From: Mobula hypostoma
Taxonomy: Eukaryota
Length of the DNA: 64,000 nt
Direction: 5' to 3'
Assembly: GCF_963921235.1 (NCBI RefSeq)
Contig: NC_086118.1
Coordinates: forward strand, 20,276,001 to 20,340,000
Shown: positions 61,778-64,000 of the stretch, piece by piece
Position numbering within the stretch: the stretch's first letter is position 1
Layout of the letters: the number at the start of each line of letters is the position of its first letter
Position numbers and translations under genes: made by a program
Notes under the pieces: model-generated
The model's input: only the letters and a program-made list of their open reading frames with translations
Told to the model about the DNA's origin: nothing
Databases searched by the model: none

Positions 61778-64000
61778 TGTGGCACCTCACTTTCTAGCAC
61801 ACACGAACCGGCTCACGAAACAGTGCGCGCAGGCAGAGGGCCGGCCCCAGAAAGGGCGCCAGGCCACCTTCACCAGCAAGGGGAAAATCCCATGCGCGGA
61901 AAGGGTCTGGGAATATTCATTCCCCACAGCAGTCCCGCCCAGGGAGGGCGGGAACAGGAAGGCTTTAAAGCAAGCCGCGAAGTTTGAATAAATCTCATTC
62001 ATCGCAACTCTAACTCACCGACTACGTGTGGTTATTTTAGCGCTGTGTGTAGCACACCGCTACAGGGTCCCCAACTCAGCAGTGAACCAGATAACCTGGC
62101 GAAGTGGGGGTCATGAGTAGAGAGCCTGTGACCACGCAAGATGAGAGGAGAGTTGAAGAGTCAATAACAAGGAATTGACTGCTCACATCAGGCCGTGAGT
62201 ACACTCTGACAATGCCAGACCCCAAGGGTTGTCCGTCCATGGCCGTGGTTCAGAAGGCGCGCGAGTTACGTTCAAGCTGCACACGCGGAGTCTGGTCCAG
62301 AAAATTGCTGCACCAAAACCTCCTGCGTACACAGAGCTGTCAGAGTGTGGAGGAGGACAGAGAGAGTGAGTCTGTCTATTTTGCTGAAACAAGGGGCTGG
62401 AGGGAGGTTACCATATAGAAGGCATCTCATCTCTACCTGGTAGTGCTGTTTTCCTGGACGCAGTTGGCATTTGATGTGTGGGTGATTGGCTGCACCGCAG
62501 TAAGCGCACAAGCTGTCTTTACACTGTGCTCACGCTCTTGGGGGTTTAAGGGAACGCACCCTAATTGAGTAGGTTCTAGAGGCATTGCTGACAAGGATCC
62601 TGCAGCCTGAAATAGTTCTGGGATTGGAAATGTGGTTCTGGCTGGTGATCTGATGGGTCGTGCCATAACTTGGAGGGCCCGTGATGAGGTTTTCAAGGCC
62701 AGTGTGCGTCTCCCCAGTAGACAACTCATCTTTCAAGTGCTCCAAGAGGATATGATGCTAATGGCCAGCAGCATTTAAGTATTCCAGCCACACTCCACCA
62801 CGAGGGACCTGAATTCCATGCTGTAATCCAGCAAAGCATTTGAGCCTTGATGCAGGCGAGGGATCTGATCTGCTGCCTCCTTTCCAATTCCCAAGTGGTT
62901 GAAAACCCAGCGCATTGTAATCCTCATAACTGTTGCAAATGGTGGTTCTATTGTCCCATTTAGCGGCAGCCAAGTTCAGATCTCATCCAGTCAAGGGAGA
63001 GCTGAGGAAGACAGTCTTGGCTCAATCCATAGAATACAGAGATGGCTGGAGCTCGAAGTGTGATACGTACTGGGACAGGAAGTTGCAGCACTGGGTTGGG
63101 AAACTGTTGAATCTTTCGGGCACAGAATCCAGGGCATAGAGTGAGGAAGTTGACTGGTCTGGGGTTGCTATATCAAGACAGAGAGTTGGAAAAGAATAGC
63201 ATACAAATAGTTAATAGTTTCCTGCTGCTTCTGGATCATGGTTCTCATATCGACGGATGACTTCCTTTAAGCAAGCATACTCTGCTGGGCCAATTGATCA
63301 TTCACTCATCCTGGCAGGAAATATAGAGGAGGCTTGACCCAAATGTAAAGCAGTGGAAACTATTTAGTGATAATAATAAACTGCAAAATAACAAGCCACG
63401 AGGGCCCTCAAAATAAGAGAGAACAGATACTTAACACAACAAGGCAGCAGGGTACCTGAAGGCTGGGAGCAACTGGTTGAAGCTGGCTGGTTTGTATATG
63501 TGAACAAGGATTGTGGATAAAAGTTGGGTTTAAATAGGCTGCAGGTGATGAGTTGGAAATGAGTGGTAGGTGATTCCTGTTAGCTGGGTGGAGACTGGGA
63601 GGTGTCTGCCTGTGCATGGTCTGACACCCCATTGAGGTATTTTTGTTTAATATGTTCCAGTATTTCGTTTCAAACCTTTCCGCAATATATCATCTTTTTT
63701 CATAGATAAGGTACTCCTTAAGACCAATCCCATGCCCTAATCCCTTCTACTTTATCCTTTCCTGGATTTATGACAACCTGTGCTTGATTATGACCTCAGG
63801 AATTATTTTGGAATGCATTACAGTATGTTAATTGAAGAGTGTAGAAGAAACTTGTTATTAGAATGTACAAGGTGAGTCATTTGCTTAAGTCTTTACTAGC
63901 ACAATCAGATATACCACTCAAATATGTTTCATTATCTATCAGGCATTAAATACCAAATCCTCACTTTGTCATGTTAATTTACAAAGAGACCCTCAATTAT

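Larger units (their letters stand above)
57685..62064 (+). mobile_element. Full-length CsRn1-clade Gypsy LTR retrotransposon inserted in the chromovirus
   Basis: LTRs 57685-57972 and 61778-62064; 4-bp TSD gggt; PBS tggtgaccctgacg; PPT ggagggggggg. Confidence 0.95.
54541..63626 (-). mobile_element. Old full-length chromovirus (sushi-like) Gypsy element with nested insertions
   Basis: LTRs 63312-63626 (5') and 54541-55110 (3'); TSD cccta / cccca; PPT at ~55111-55125; gag CAYCGAANHPHIKC; RT ASAGFFFVKENDGGL..YPLP..TKLD; RNase [29 protein letters not shown]; chromodomain QYLVDWEGYGLKERTW. Confidence 0.9.

Overview
This is eukaryotic, repeat-dense DNA, most likely from a cartilaginous fish (ray or shark). 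That inference rests on HE1/V-SINE-like SINEs, abundant CR1, Rex1/Babar and Penelope-like elements (PLEs) and the overall repeat spectrum. Only one host protein-coding gene is recognisable: an intronless 88-aa TMEM238/TMEM238L-family microprotein (10437-10703, +) with a TATA box in a CpG-rich island. Most of the rest is nested, decayed transposable elements: a near-full-length CR1 (esterase ORF1) inside a Rex1/Babar LINE, further CR1/Rex/RTE/HERO-like fragments, Neptune- and Poseidon-type PLEs with minimal hammerhead ribozymes, tRNA-SINEs, Tc1 and hAT remnants, a solo LTR and three full-length Gypsy elements (Mag-like, chromovirus/sushi-like, CsRn1-like). The most striking signal is the Mag-like Gypsy element at 43607-48044. 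It has no tRNA primer-binding site (PBS); the sequence at the PBS position is a perfect 15-nt complement of the AATAAA-containing segment of its own LTR, suggesting tRNA-independent self-priming coupled to poly(A)-signal masking. Other highlights are a Tf1-type self-priming signature in the chromovirus, a G GGA AAC -1 frameshift cassette, hammerhead-bearing palindromic PLE mini-elements, a 48-nt locally templated insert at a CR1 5' junction and tail-swapped SINEs. Family names come from motif recognition by eye, with no database search. Boundaries of old fragments are approximate.
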